IMG/VR virus record: IMGVR_UViG_3300046318_000491
Coordinates: 32,001-96,000 of that record
DNA length: 64,000 bases
Strand: one strand, 5' to 3'
From: a virus
Shown: piece by piece, positions 22,152 to 34,727 of the stretch
How positions within the stretch are numbered: position 1 is the first letter of the stretch
Layout of the letters: every line of letters begins with the position of its first letter
The notes under the pieces: generated by a model
Told to the model about the DNA's origin: nothing
What the model saw: the letters and a program-made list of their open reading frames with translations, nothing else
Database searches by the model: none
Made by a program: the position numbers and the translations under genes

Positions 22152-22901
22152 ATGGAACCGGAACACATTAGCGGGCCTGATGAAGAAATGCAAAAGCAGA
22201 TGGACGATCACAATGTCCGCCTTAAGGCTTGGTACACCATAGATGAGCAAACTTGGAGTTCTGCCGAAGAGGTATCCCCTGGAACCGGCATATGGGTTTA
22301 TCATGATGTTCTACCAAAGAGCCTAAATATCATTGACCGTTTAGAGAATGTTTTGAATGATGAAACTAACTCATACAACTACGCTGATGCAATGGTGGGA
22401 TACGGCATTAAGATGCCGGAATATCGAGACTGCTTCGATTTTAAATACAAGAAAAGCGATATTGCAGAGGATCAAAGTGAAGCAGGGCTAGCCCTTCACT
22501 CTTTAGCCGACGACACTTACTCCCGCCAGGTGCAAGCTGTAAAGCACTACACAAAGCACTACAATATCGGCGAACTACGCTACTGGGAAGCAACTAACTA
22601 CATTAAGTACGGCCCGGGTCAGCATTTCCAGGAACACCATGACCACGGGTTCTCTTACAACTGCGTAGTCTCTATTGTAGCTTTCCCTAATGATGATTAC
22701 GAAGGCGGGGAATTATACTTCCGACTACATAATGTAACCATTAAGCCAAAGGCTGGTGACATCTACGTATTCCCTTCAAACTTTATGTATCCACACCGGG
22801 CTATGCCTGTCAAGTCTGGTACAAAGTATTCAATGGTTACAATGCTCGACTACTCGGATAAGTATCACAAGCCGGGATTCTATGAAGAAACTGGAAGTTA
22901 A
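22152..22901 (+). CDS. 2OG-Fe(II) oxygenase (3 of 10)
   Basis: HHDH, NDDYEGGELYF, PKAGDIYVFPS..YPH, GTKY. Confidence 0.9.
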   Translation: MEPEHISGPDEEMQKQMDDHNVRLKAWYTIDEQTWSSAEEVSPGTGIWVYHDVLPKSLNIIDRLENVLNDETNSYNYADAMVGYGIKMPEYRDCFDFKYKKSDIAEDQSEAGLALHSLADDTYSRQVQAVKHYTKHYNIGELRYWEATNYIKYGPGQHFQEHHDHGFSYNCVVSIVAFPNDDYEGGELYFRLHNVTIKPKAGDIYVFPSNFMYPHRAMPVKSGTKYSMVTMLDYSDKYHKPGFYEETGS

Positions 22902-23656
22902 TGAGTTCGATTAAGGTCTACAAAGGCTACCCAAACACTGCCACAGTAGCGCCGCTACCGGCAGCCCGCGACTGGATGGATAAGTCTCATGACAAGCACG
23001 CCTACATGTGCTTCCCAATGGCACTAACCAACCGTCTTGGCTGGGGCATTTCATTCCCTGAAGATATTGTTTTTATCTGGGATGGCATTGATGATACGAC
23101 TCCAGACCACGTTAAGGTTTTAAAGGGTCAAGAGTGGGCAAACTCAAAGCGCGGTAACGCCACGCTTAGCTTCGAGACAGGTCTTATTTTTAAGACAGAC
23201 CCAGACGTGACGTTGTTAACTATGCCCGTCCCAAACCAGTTCATTGCTGGTACACAGTGTTTTACCACTCTGATCAGTACGTCGTTCTATATGCCACCGC
23301 TTCCAATTGCCTGGAAGCTGACAGAGGCTAACAAAGAAATTACAATCCCCGCTGGTACGCCTGTTGCAGCACTGCTCCCTATTTCACTAGGCCACCTAGA
23401 GAATGATTACGTTATGGAGCTTAACAAGGAGATCTTAGACAACTCGTACTGGCAGGAGTTGCAGAAATACGGTGATGCAGCTCAGGCTAAAAATGCAATA
23501 GGCGACTGGTCCAAGATGTACCGAGACGCCGTTGACTACAAAGGAGATAAAGTGGGAGCCCACGAAACTAAATCAATCAAGCTTAAGACTGTGACATGCC
23601 CGTTCACCGGTCAAACCTATGAAGTAGAGGATGACTCGGTTGAGCCTAACGAATAA
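22901..23656 (+). CDS. DUF6065-like protein
   Basis: RDWMD...HAYMCFPM...N.LGW...WDG and IPAGTPVAALLP motifs. Confidence 0.65.
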   Translation: MSSIKVYKGYPNTATVAPLPAARDWMDKSHDKHAYMCFPMALTNRLGWGISFPEDIVFIWDGIDDTTPDHVKVLKGQEWANSKRGNATLSFETGLIFKTDPDVTLLTMPVPNQFIAGTQCFTTLISTSFYMPPLPIAWKLTEANKEITIPAGTPVAALLPISLGHLENDYVMELNKEILDNSYWQELQKYGDAAQAKNAIGDWSKMYRDAVDYKGDKVGAHETKSIKLKTVTCPFTGQTYEVEDDSVEPNE

Positions 23657-24380
23657 GATTAAGTTTGTCATGAATAGGCCTTGGCTGACAAAAGACAGTC
23701 CGTCAGCACCAGGGCCAACCATTAAAACTATTCCTGACTGGTATCGCAAGGCGGATAGATTTGCTATTAATCCCCACACTAACGAGCCCTGGATCAATCC
23801 TCAGGATGGCGGAAAGGTCCCTACTTGGAAGGCTTGTCCAGCAGTCTTTGACATCATGGGAACCGGATACGTCTACAAGACCCCGTGCGATGTAGAAGTT
23901 TACGAAGAAAATGGCGAGATCAAGATCAAGATAGAAGATCAGTACAACAAGGATTTTGTTGGAGATCGCATGCCTATGCCTCAGTTTGTTCCGCCTCAGG
24001 GGTACCACGAAAAGCACTTTGCATGGTGGTCTGACTGGGCAGTAGTACTGCCAGAAGGGTATAGTGCTCTGTATACTCAACCATTTAATAGGTTTGAGCT
24101 GCCATTTCTAACAACCAGCGGTATTATTGACAATGATAAGGTCCACCTTCCTGGAACTATGCCCTTTTTTATTGTCAAGGGATTTACAGGGGTAATCCCG
24201 GCAGGAACTCCTTATGCTCAGATTCTCCCTTTTAAGCGTGAAGACTGGACATCAGAACTACAGACAAACATCAGCTACGAGCAGATGATGAAGAACAACA
24301 TGGAAAACAGTAATAAATATCGAGTACCTAATGGTGGCGTCTACCAGAAGGAAGTATGGACTCGCCGAGTCTACGAGTAA
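23631..24380 (+). CDS. Conserved phage protein, DUF6065-related
   Basis: IPDWY...TWKACPAVFD...GY...P.D, PEGYSALYTQP.NR, SGIIDND and IPAGTPYAQILPFKRE. Start uncertain. Confidence 0.55.
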   Translation: MTRLSLTNKIKFVMNRPWLTKDSPSAPGPTIKTIPDWYRKADRFAINPHTNEPWINPQDGGKVPTWKACPAVFDIMGTGYVYKTPCDVEVYEENGEIKIKIEDQYNKDFVGDRMPMPQFVPPQGYHEKHFAWWSDWAVVLPEGYSALYTQPFNRFELPFLTTSGIIDNDKVHLPGTMPFFIVKGFTGVIPAGTPYAQILPFKREDWTSELQTNISYEQMMKNNMENSNKYRVPNGGVYQKEVWTRRVYE

Positions 24381-24394
24381 GGTAGGATAGCAAT

Positions 24395-25069
24395 ATGACC
24401 GAACAAGAATTAGCTAACAGCCACCGCGGAGCACCTCGCGTCTCTATCACCCCTTCGGGGTATTATGGTGATTCACCGGACAATATTGTCACACTAGAAA
24501 ACTTCATGACTGAAGAAGAGATCGTGGCTCTAGATACTTTTATCCGTAGTAACACGGAGTGGGACGTCACTGAAACTCACTATAACGAAGAGGGTACAGT
24601 AATTTATGACTCGGATTACTGGAAGGATCGAGTAGCAACTTACACGACTATCGATCGGGTAGACCCAGAAATCCCTGCAATTATTGAGGGTATGGTCGAG
24701 CGACTAAAGGTAGAAGTAGATAAATTTTTTAAGGTAGATGCTATGCCTACCAGTCCAGCATTGGTCCGCTGGCTTCCGGGAATGCTGCAGCAGCCTCACG
24801 CTGATAAAGAGCTGCACCAAGGAAACGATAGAGGCAAGCCAAATGACTTTCCATACTATGACCTAGCAGGCCTTTTTTATATCAATGATGACTATGAGGG
24901 GGGCGAGTTGTATTTCCCTAATCAAGGGATTCAGTTTAAGCCTAAGCGCGGAGCTGCCTACTTCTTTCCTGGAGATTTAAATTATATTCATGGTGTAACC
25001 GAGATTACCTCTGGAACTAGATATACTTGCCCATTTTTCTGGACAATTGTAAAGCATGTCGACGCTTGA
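24395..25069 (+). CDS. 2OG-Fe(II) oxygenase (4 of 10)
   Basis: HAD, YINDDYEGGELYF, YIHGV..I.SGTRY. Confidence 0.9.
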   Translation: MTEQELANSHRGAPRVSITPSGYYGDSPDNIVTLENFMTEEEIVALDTFIRSNTEWDVTETHYNEEGTVIYDSDYWKDRVATYTTIDRVDPEIPAIIEGMVERLKVEVDKFFKVDAMPTSPALVRWLPGMLQQPHADKELHQGNDRGKPNDFPYYDLAGLFYINDDYEGGELYFPNQGIQFKPKRGAAYFFPGDLNYIHGVTEITSGTRYTCPFFWTIVKHVDA

Positions 25070-25688
25070 ACCATATGAGATAGCCCCCCTGGTTTTTGTA
25101 TATCCAGGGGTCTATAAAGACGCGCCCACTCTAGTAGATGCACTAGAAAATGGACCAAAAGGGATCAACTACTCGATTTACGACTGGGAGCCATGGGAAG
25201 GTAGAGGCAAGCATGCCACTATAAACCCAGGGCTGCAAGTCAAACTAGAAGAAGACGACAATGTTTTTGATGCGGTCAGATCTTTCGTTTCGGCGTATGA
25301 TGAAATTTTTGCTGATTATATTTCTAGAAAAAACATACAATTAAGCGGTCCAGTGATGTCTAATATTGCATGCAATTATTATGAAGAGGGAGCATCCATG
25401 GGGTTTCATACCGATTCCGATCCTGAAGACGAGCAAGCTCCTTACTACTCCATTACAGTAAATTGCTACCTAAATGATGACTACGAGGGCGGAGACTTAG
25501 TCTTTAACCTCTCTACTGAAGAAAACGCAGAGACTGTTAGATACACACCAAAAGCTGGCGACTTTGTTGTCATCCCCGCCTCACCGCCATATTTACACAA
25601 ATCTGAAAAAATTATCTCTGGTAAAAAGTATTTTTCGCACCGAGTAGTGACTGAAGATAAAAAGCCAATATGGCAGTTAGGAGTCTAG
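25056..25688 (+). CDS. 2OG-Fe(II) oxygenase (5 of 10)
   Basis: HTD, YLNDDYEGGDL, PKAGDFVVIP..PYLH, SGKKY. Confidence 0.88.
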   Translation: MSTLEPYEIAPLVFVYPGVYKDAPTLVDALENGPKGINYSIYDWEPWEGRGKHATINPGLQVKLEEDDNVFDAVRSFVSAYDEIFADYISRKNIQLSGPVMSNIACNYYEEGASMGFHTDSDPEDEQAPYYSITVNCYLNDDYEGGDLVFNLSTEENAETVRYTPKAGDFVVIPASPPYLHKSEKIISGKKYFSHRVVTEDKKPIWQLGV

Positions 25689-26453
25689 GTGGATATCAAG
25701 GTTTTATATCCAAAGATCCATATCTACAGTGGACTTCTTGGTGACTCTCAGGAGTTAATAGCCACCCTACGCGACGTATACGATTGGAGCGGTTGGTATA
25801 CTTTTGGAGATCTAGCAGTAGTGCAGATAGATCGTCGAAATTTTGATACGTTTCCCTCGCGTGAAGACTGGGACCTGGTAGAGCAATCTATTGAAAAGCC
25901 AAACGCAGCTGCCTCTTCTATTATCAATGCTTTCTACAGTGCCACTAGCCACTATGTAGATGTCAACAACGTTAGCCCAGTTAGCTGGAACTTTAACTCT
26001 CCAGCTGTCTGCATGTATAACACTAATGCCGGGGCGTCTGAAGACGTTGCTATGCACTACCACACTGACTTCCAGCAAGAAAAAAGAGATGAACCAGGGT
26101 TTAAGCCTTACATCACCTGCACTATGTACCTAAATGACGATTATGAAGGTGGAGAGATCGAGTTTAAAGTACTACAGTCAGATGGCTCATTCGATCGCGT
26201 CTCATATAAGCCAAAAGCAGGGGATATTTTAGTTTTCCCTTCCGATGAACCGTACTACCACGGAGTAAATCTAACCACCAAGGGTAAAAAGTACTTTGTA
26301 CGGTCTTTCTGGGACTACTACTTCCCGGGAACTGAAGAGTGGCACGAGGGTTTAAAAACCTACGGAGAAGAGACTTGGCTTAAAATGGAACAGGATCGCG
26401 AAAAAGCCGAAAGAACTACTGGACGCTACAACCTAATGAATAGGGGTAACTAA
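25689..26453 (+). CDS. 2OG-Fe(II) oxygenase (6 of 10)
   Basis: MHYHTD, MYLNDDYEGGEI, PYYHGV, KGKKY. Confidence 0.88.
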   Translation: MDIKVLYPKIHIYSGLLGDSQELIATLRDVYDWSGWYTFGDLAVVQIDRRNFDTFPSREDWDLVEQSIEKPNAAASSIINAFYSATSHYVDVNNVSPVSWNFNSPAVCMYNTNAGASEDVAMHYHTDFQQEKRDEPGFKPYITCTMYLNDDYEGGEIEFKVLQSDGSFDRVSYKPKAGDILVFPSDEPYYHGVNLTTKGKKYFVRSFWDYYFPGTEEWHEGLKTYGEETWLKMEQDREKAERTTGRYNLMNRGN

Positions 26454-27178
26454 TGTTTGATTCAATAGACGCCTCTACCTTTATTTACTACAAAGATGAA
26501 GAGAATACTCTTTCTAAACTAGGCGTTACTAAGAACAGAATTGTTGAAGTCCCTAACTTCATAGACGCTGATACTGCTAAAAAGTTAGTTGACTACTTTG
26601 ATAATGGCCCGGAGACCTGGGATTTTATAGCCTTCTACCATTCATACGGGATGGGCCTTAACCCCGACCCTAAGGAATTAGCTGTATTTGATCTCGATCC
26701 AAACGTATTTGACAAAATAAACGCCGGAACTAAGACTTTAGTCGAGCTCATATTCGAGCAGAGGGTTAAAGCAAATACGGCTCATGCTCAGAAATGGGTA
26801 GAAGGCGGTTTTGCAAATCCGCACTCGGACAATTCAGATGAAGATGGTAACCCCACCGCGTTTGAGATAAACAAATACGTAGCTATTTTGTACTTAAATG
26901 ATAGCTATGAAGGCGGAGAACTCTACTTCCCTGAGCACGGTCTAGAGATCAGACCAAATAAGTACTCTTTATATGTTTTACCTGGGGGGATAGAGAATAT
27001 ACATGGAGTGCGCGAGATACTTTCTGGGGAAAGGCATACCATGCTCTCTTTCTGGGACTTTGCAGACGCTGAATACTCAGAGGAGCGCAAGGCTGAATGG
27101 GCTGCCGAGCTCAAAGAAGTCAGAGCCTCACAGGCGGAGCAGCGTATAGAATGGAAGAATGGAAATAAATATGTTTAA
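26453..27178 (+). CDS. 2OG-Fe(II) oxygenase (7 of 10)
   Basis: HSD, YLNDSYEGGELYF, NIHGV..I.SGERH. Confidence 0.88.
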   Translation: MFDSIDASTFIYYKDEENTLSKLGVTKNRIVEVPNFIDADTAKKLVDYFDNGPETWDFIAFYHSYGMGLNPDPKELAVFDLDPNVFDKINAGTKTLVELIFEQRVKANTAHAQKWVEGGFANPHSDNSDEDGNPTAFEINKYVAILYLNDSYEGGELYFPEHGLEIRPNKYSLYVLPGGIENIHGVREILSGERHTMLSFWDFADAEYSEERKAEWAAELKEVRASQAEQRIEWKNGNKYV

Positions 27179-27986
27179 TTCAGAAGAACTACTGACAGAT
27201 CTGCCCACTCCAACGGAGATCTATCCGCGCATATTTGTGTACAAAGCAGCATTTAAAAACCCGCTAGAGTTTATTGAAAAAGTAAAGCAACTGCCTACAT
27301 GGCAGTCTTGGTGGACTTTCGGAGATATGGCTAGCGTCCCCGGAATCGAATATACCAAGTTTGACACTAAGCCTACCTACGAAGAGTGGGAGGCATTTAT
27401 TGCTGGATACGTGGAAGATACAAAAGGCAAGCCGGGCTGGGACTTATCTCCTTATGTAGATAAGTTATTCTACAAGGCTACAGAAGATCACATGAAGAAG
27501 TATCCTCTAGAGATACCCAACTGGTCCCACCAAAAGCCATCTATTGCAAAATACGTAGCCCTAGGCGGGGTAGATGATGACAAATACTCCATGCACTACC
27601 ACACTGACTTCCAGCGAGAAAAGGCTGATGCCCCAGGGCTTAAGTATGCCCTAACCTGTACTATGTATTTAAATGATGACTACGAGGGCGGGGAGCTTAC
27701 GTTTAAGATAGCAAACGGCTCGGGCGGTTTCGACACTATTGACTACAAGCCAGGGGCTGGCGACGTAGTGGTTTTTCCTTCGGTAGAGCCGTACTTCCAT
27801 GGAGTGAAGCAGATTACCTCGGGAGATCGATACTTTATTAGGACTTTTTGGACCAGTGAATTTGCTGGCACCCCTGAGTGGCTTGCAAATCAAGAAAAGT
27901 ATGGTAAAGAAGTTTGGGCTCAGATGGAGAAAGAGCGCGAGAGCGCCTTCAGACGCGGCGAGTCCACAGACATATACAATGATTAG
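27171..27986 (+). CDS. 2OG-Fe(II) oxygenase (8 of 10)
   Basis: MHYHTD, MYLNDDYEGGEL, PYFHGV..I.SGDRY. Start moved to ATG 27171. Confidence 0.88.
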   Translation: MFNSEELLTDLPTPTEIYPRIFVYKAAFKNPLEFIEKVKQLPTWQSWWTFGDMASVPGIEYTKFDTKPTYEEWEAFIAGYVEDTKGKPGWDLSPYVDKLFYKATEDHMKKYPLEIPNWSHQKPSIAKYVALGGVDDDKYSMHYHTDFQREKADAPGLKYALTCTMYLNDDYEGGELTFKIANGSGGFDTIDYKPGAGDVVVFPSVEPYFHGVKQITSGDRYFIRTFWTSEFAGTPEWLANQEKYGKEVWAQMEKERESAFRRGESTDIYND

Positions 27987-28026
27987 CGAGTATACTTATA
28001 TTCTAACTATTAAGAATGGGTTATAA

Positions 28027-28710
28027 ATGTTTCCAGAACCAGTATGGCTTAAGGATGACGTTGTCACGTTCCCAGGATTTTTAGATCCTGAAGAGTGCCA
28101 GAAAATTATCGACTTCTTTGAAGATCAAGGTAAAGAGTATTGGATGCAGACATGCTTCTATGACTCCCTTGGTATGGCTCTCGTCTCGGACGTTGATGCG
28201 CTAGAACGCTCGGGCCTAGAGGACATCCATAAAGACTACTTCCGCTGGCTACCAGAGCACATTCGTGCTGCAGTGGAGTTGGCATACGACCGAGGAATTA
28301 AGCTAAACAGTGCTCATGCTCAGAAGTGGCCTAAGGGCGCTTTCGCTCGCTGGCACTCAGACAGCTCGGACATTGACGGCAACCCAACCGCGTGGCGCGA
28401 CAACAAGTTTGCTAGTGTTCTTTACCTAAATGACAACTATGAAGGCGGAGAGCTAGAGTTCCGTGACCACAACCTAAGCGTAAAGCTTCCTCAGGGTAGT
28501 TTGATTGCTTTTCCAGGTGGAGTAGAGAATATCCACCGCATCAACGAAATTATGGATGGCACAAGATTCACCATCGTAGGTTTCTGGGACTACATCGACT
28601 CTGTCTATACAGAAGAAGAATTGGCTCAACGCGAGGCCGAAATCGCTTATGAGCGAACTCGCCAGGATGAGCAAAAGCGCCAGTGGGCTGCCGGTAATAA
28701 AAACGCCTAA
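28027..28710 (+). CDS. 2OG-Fe(II) oxygenase (9 of 10)
   Basis: HSD, YLNDNYEGGEL, NIHRI..I.DGTRF. Confidence 0.88.
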   Translation: MFPEPVWLKDDVVTFPGFLDPEECQKIIDFFEDQGKEYWMQTCFYDSLGMALVSDVDALERSGLEDIHKDYFRWLPEHIRAAVELAYDRGIKLNSAHAQKWPKGAFARWHSDSSDIDGNPTAWRDNKFASVLYLNDNYEGGELEFRDHNLSVKLPQGSLIAFPGGVENIHRINEIMDGTRFTIVGFWDYIDSVYTEEELAQREAEIAYERTRQDEQKRQWAAGNKNA

Positions 28711-28726
28711 TTAGCTTGGGAGAGCC

Positions 28727-29416
28727 ATGATTGATGAATCAAGAGTAACAATTTACGCTGATCGCATCTTCTATTTCGAGGGGATTTTAGACAACCCGGA
28801 GTATGCGATTAATATGCATCAAGTCATGGATGAGATGCTTAACTCAGATACGGGTGAAGTTTTTCACAAGCTGGTGCCTTGGCAGACCTCTGACGCAGTT
28901 CCTCACGTCTATGGGACAAAGCGTATGACCACACGCGAAAACTTAGAATCTACATCAAATCAAGAAGTTAAAGATTTTTATATAAAAGTAGATTCAATAT
29001 TTGACGAAGCGGGCAGATATTATTTTGAAAAGCTAGGGCTAGACTACCAAAACGGTAAGTTAATGACTGACTATGCAATGTTTCATTACAACACCGGCCA
29101 AGAGATGGGACCTCATGTTGATGACAACTACGAGCCTCTAGTTGATCCAATTTGTACTGGTCTAATTTACCTAAATGACGATAAAGACGGTGGAGACCTT
29201 TGGTTTCCAGAGCAAGACGTTCTAATAAAGGCAGTGCCTGGGAGCATGGTAATTTTTCCATGCGTTAAGCCTTTCTTCCATGCATCTACTAAGTTAAAGC
29301 AAGGTATCAAATACCACATTGGAACTGGATGGAAGCGTCATCGAACCCCCGCGGAGATAGAAGCATTAGGGCCAGACTATGGAGCCGATGCTCACCGTGG
29401 TATGGCAATGGAGTAA
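28727..29416 (+). CDS. 2OG-Fe(II) oxygenase (10 of 10)
   Basis: MGPHVD, YLNDDKDGGDLWF, PFFHAS....GIKY. Confidence 0.88.
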   Translation: MIDESRVTIYADRIFYFEGILDNPEYAINMHQVMDEMLNSDTGEVFHKLVPWQTSDAVPHVYGTKRMTTRENLESTSNQEVKDFYIKVDSIFDEAGRYYFEKLGLDYQNGKLMTDYAMFHYNTGQEMGPHVDDNYEPLVDPICTGLIYLNDDKDGGDLWFPEQDVLIKAVPGSMVIFPCVKPFFHASTKLKQGIKYHIGTGWKRHRTPAEIEALGPDYGADAHRGMAME

Positions 29417-29504
29417 TATATCTTATTTACTAAAAAAGCCAAATCAATAAGGCTTGCAGTAGTAGGGTAAAATATAAGGGACCACCTATAATTTAGGGAC
29501 TTCC

Positions 29505-33793
<4,289 letters not shown>

Positions 33794-33800
33794 GTAAGTA

Positions 33801-34658
33801 ATGGCTACGTATACGCAGGCCTTTTCAGGCAGATCATCGCTGATTTTAAGGTACATCGTAACCGAGACCTCAACGAATACTACTGCTTATACAACTACTG
33901 TTTCATGGTCCTTGGCTATAACGGCTGCCGGAAATACTTCTACAGCATTTAACACTGGAAATACCGCGGCATGGACTATTGACGTAGATGCAAGCGGAAG
34001 CACTCCTATATCTTCCGGTACCTATAACTATGACTTCCGAGCCCCTAATACAACCACAACAAAAAGTATCTCTAGCGGTACAAAAACAATTAACAGAAAT
34101 GGCCCTGGGTCATATACGACGGTACTTTACGCTACTGCCGATGGTGGTACTGGTGGTGTAATTGGTAGCGCGACTATCAACTCATCTTTGGCACTTACAA
34201 CTATTGACGTGCCACCACCTTACTTCCCTCCATACTTCCCACCTTACTTCCCACCGTTCTTCCCTTACTTCCCTCCGTTCTTCCCTTACTTCCCTCCATA
34301 CTTCCCACCTTACTTCCCTCCAACTGCGGACGTACCTAACGTTACAGGTCAGTCCCTAGCCACGGCTCAAGGCAACATAGAAGCCAGCAGTTTTGTCTAT
34401 GCATTAGGTACTAGCCCAGTTTCCACAAATACCGCATCTAACGTTGGATTGGTTTCATCTTACTCTCCTACCGGCACACAGGTGGTTGGAACTACCGTGA
34501 CTGTACAGACCTATTACTACAACGAGCCGGGGTCTAGAATCGATGACTCAGGATCACCAGTTAAAGTCACTACAGCTAAGCGTTTTGATGGTACTAACTG
34601 GGTAGATGTCACCACTAGGCAGCGTTTTGATGGTACTAACTGGGTAGTCATAGAATAG
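33801..34658 (+). CDS. Structural protein with a second PPYF repeat tract and a PASTA-like domain
   Basis: Beta-rich N-terminus; 37-aa PPYF/PPFF tract; VPNVTGQSLATAQ..I...F...GLVSSYSP.G..V.GTTVTV (PASTA pattern); duplicated RFDGTNWV at the end. Confidence 0.75.
   Translation: MATYTQAFSGRSSLILRYIVTETSTNTTAYTTTVSWSLAITAAGNTSTAFNTGNTAAWTIDVDASGSTPISSGTYNYDFRAPNTTTTKSISSGTKTINRNGPGSYTTVLYATADGGTGGVIGSATINSSLALTTIDVPPPYFPPYFPPYFPPFFPYFPPFFPYFPPYFPPYFPPTADVPNVTGQSLATAQGNIEASSFVYALGTSPVSTNTASNVGLVSSYSPTGTQVVGTTVTVQTYYYNEPGSRIDDSGSPVKVTTAKRFDGTNWVDVTTRQRFDGTNWVVIE
34212..34322 (+). repeat. Second (P)PYF/PPFF tract (37 aa)
   Basis: 34218-34294 is identical over 77 bp to 19963-20039. Confidence 0.95.
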
Positions 34659-34727
34659 GGGATACCCCTGCCTATGGTAAAATAGAGCTAGATTTGACTA
34701 ATCGCCCCCCCATGCTCAGGACAGACA

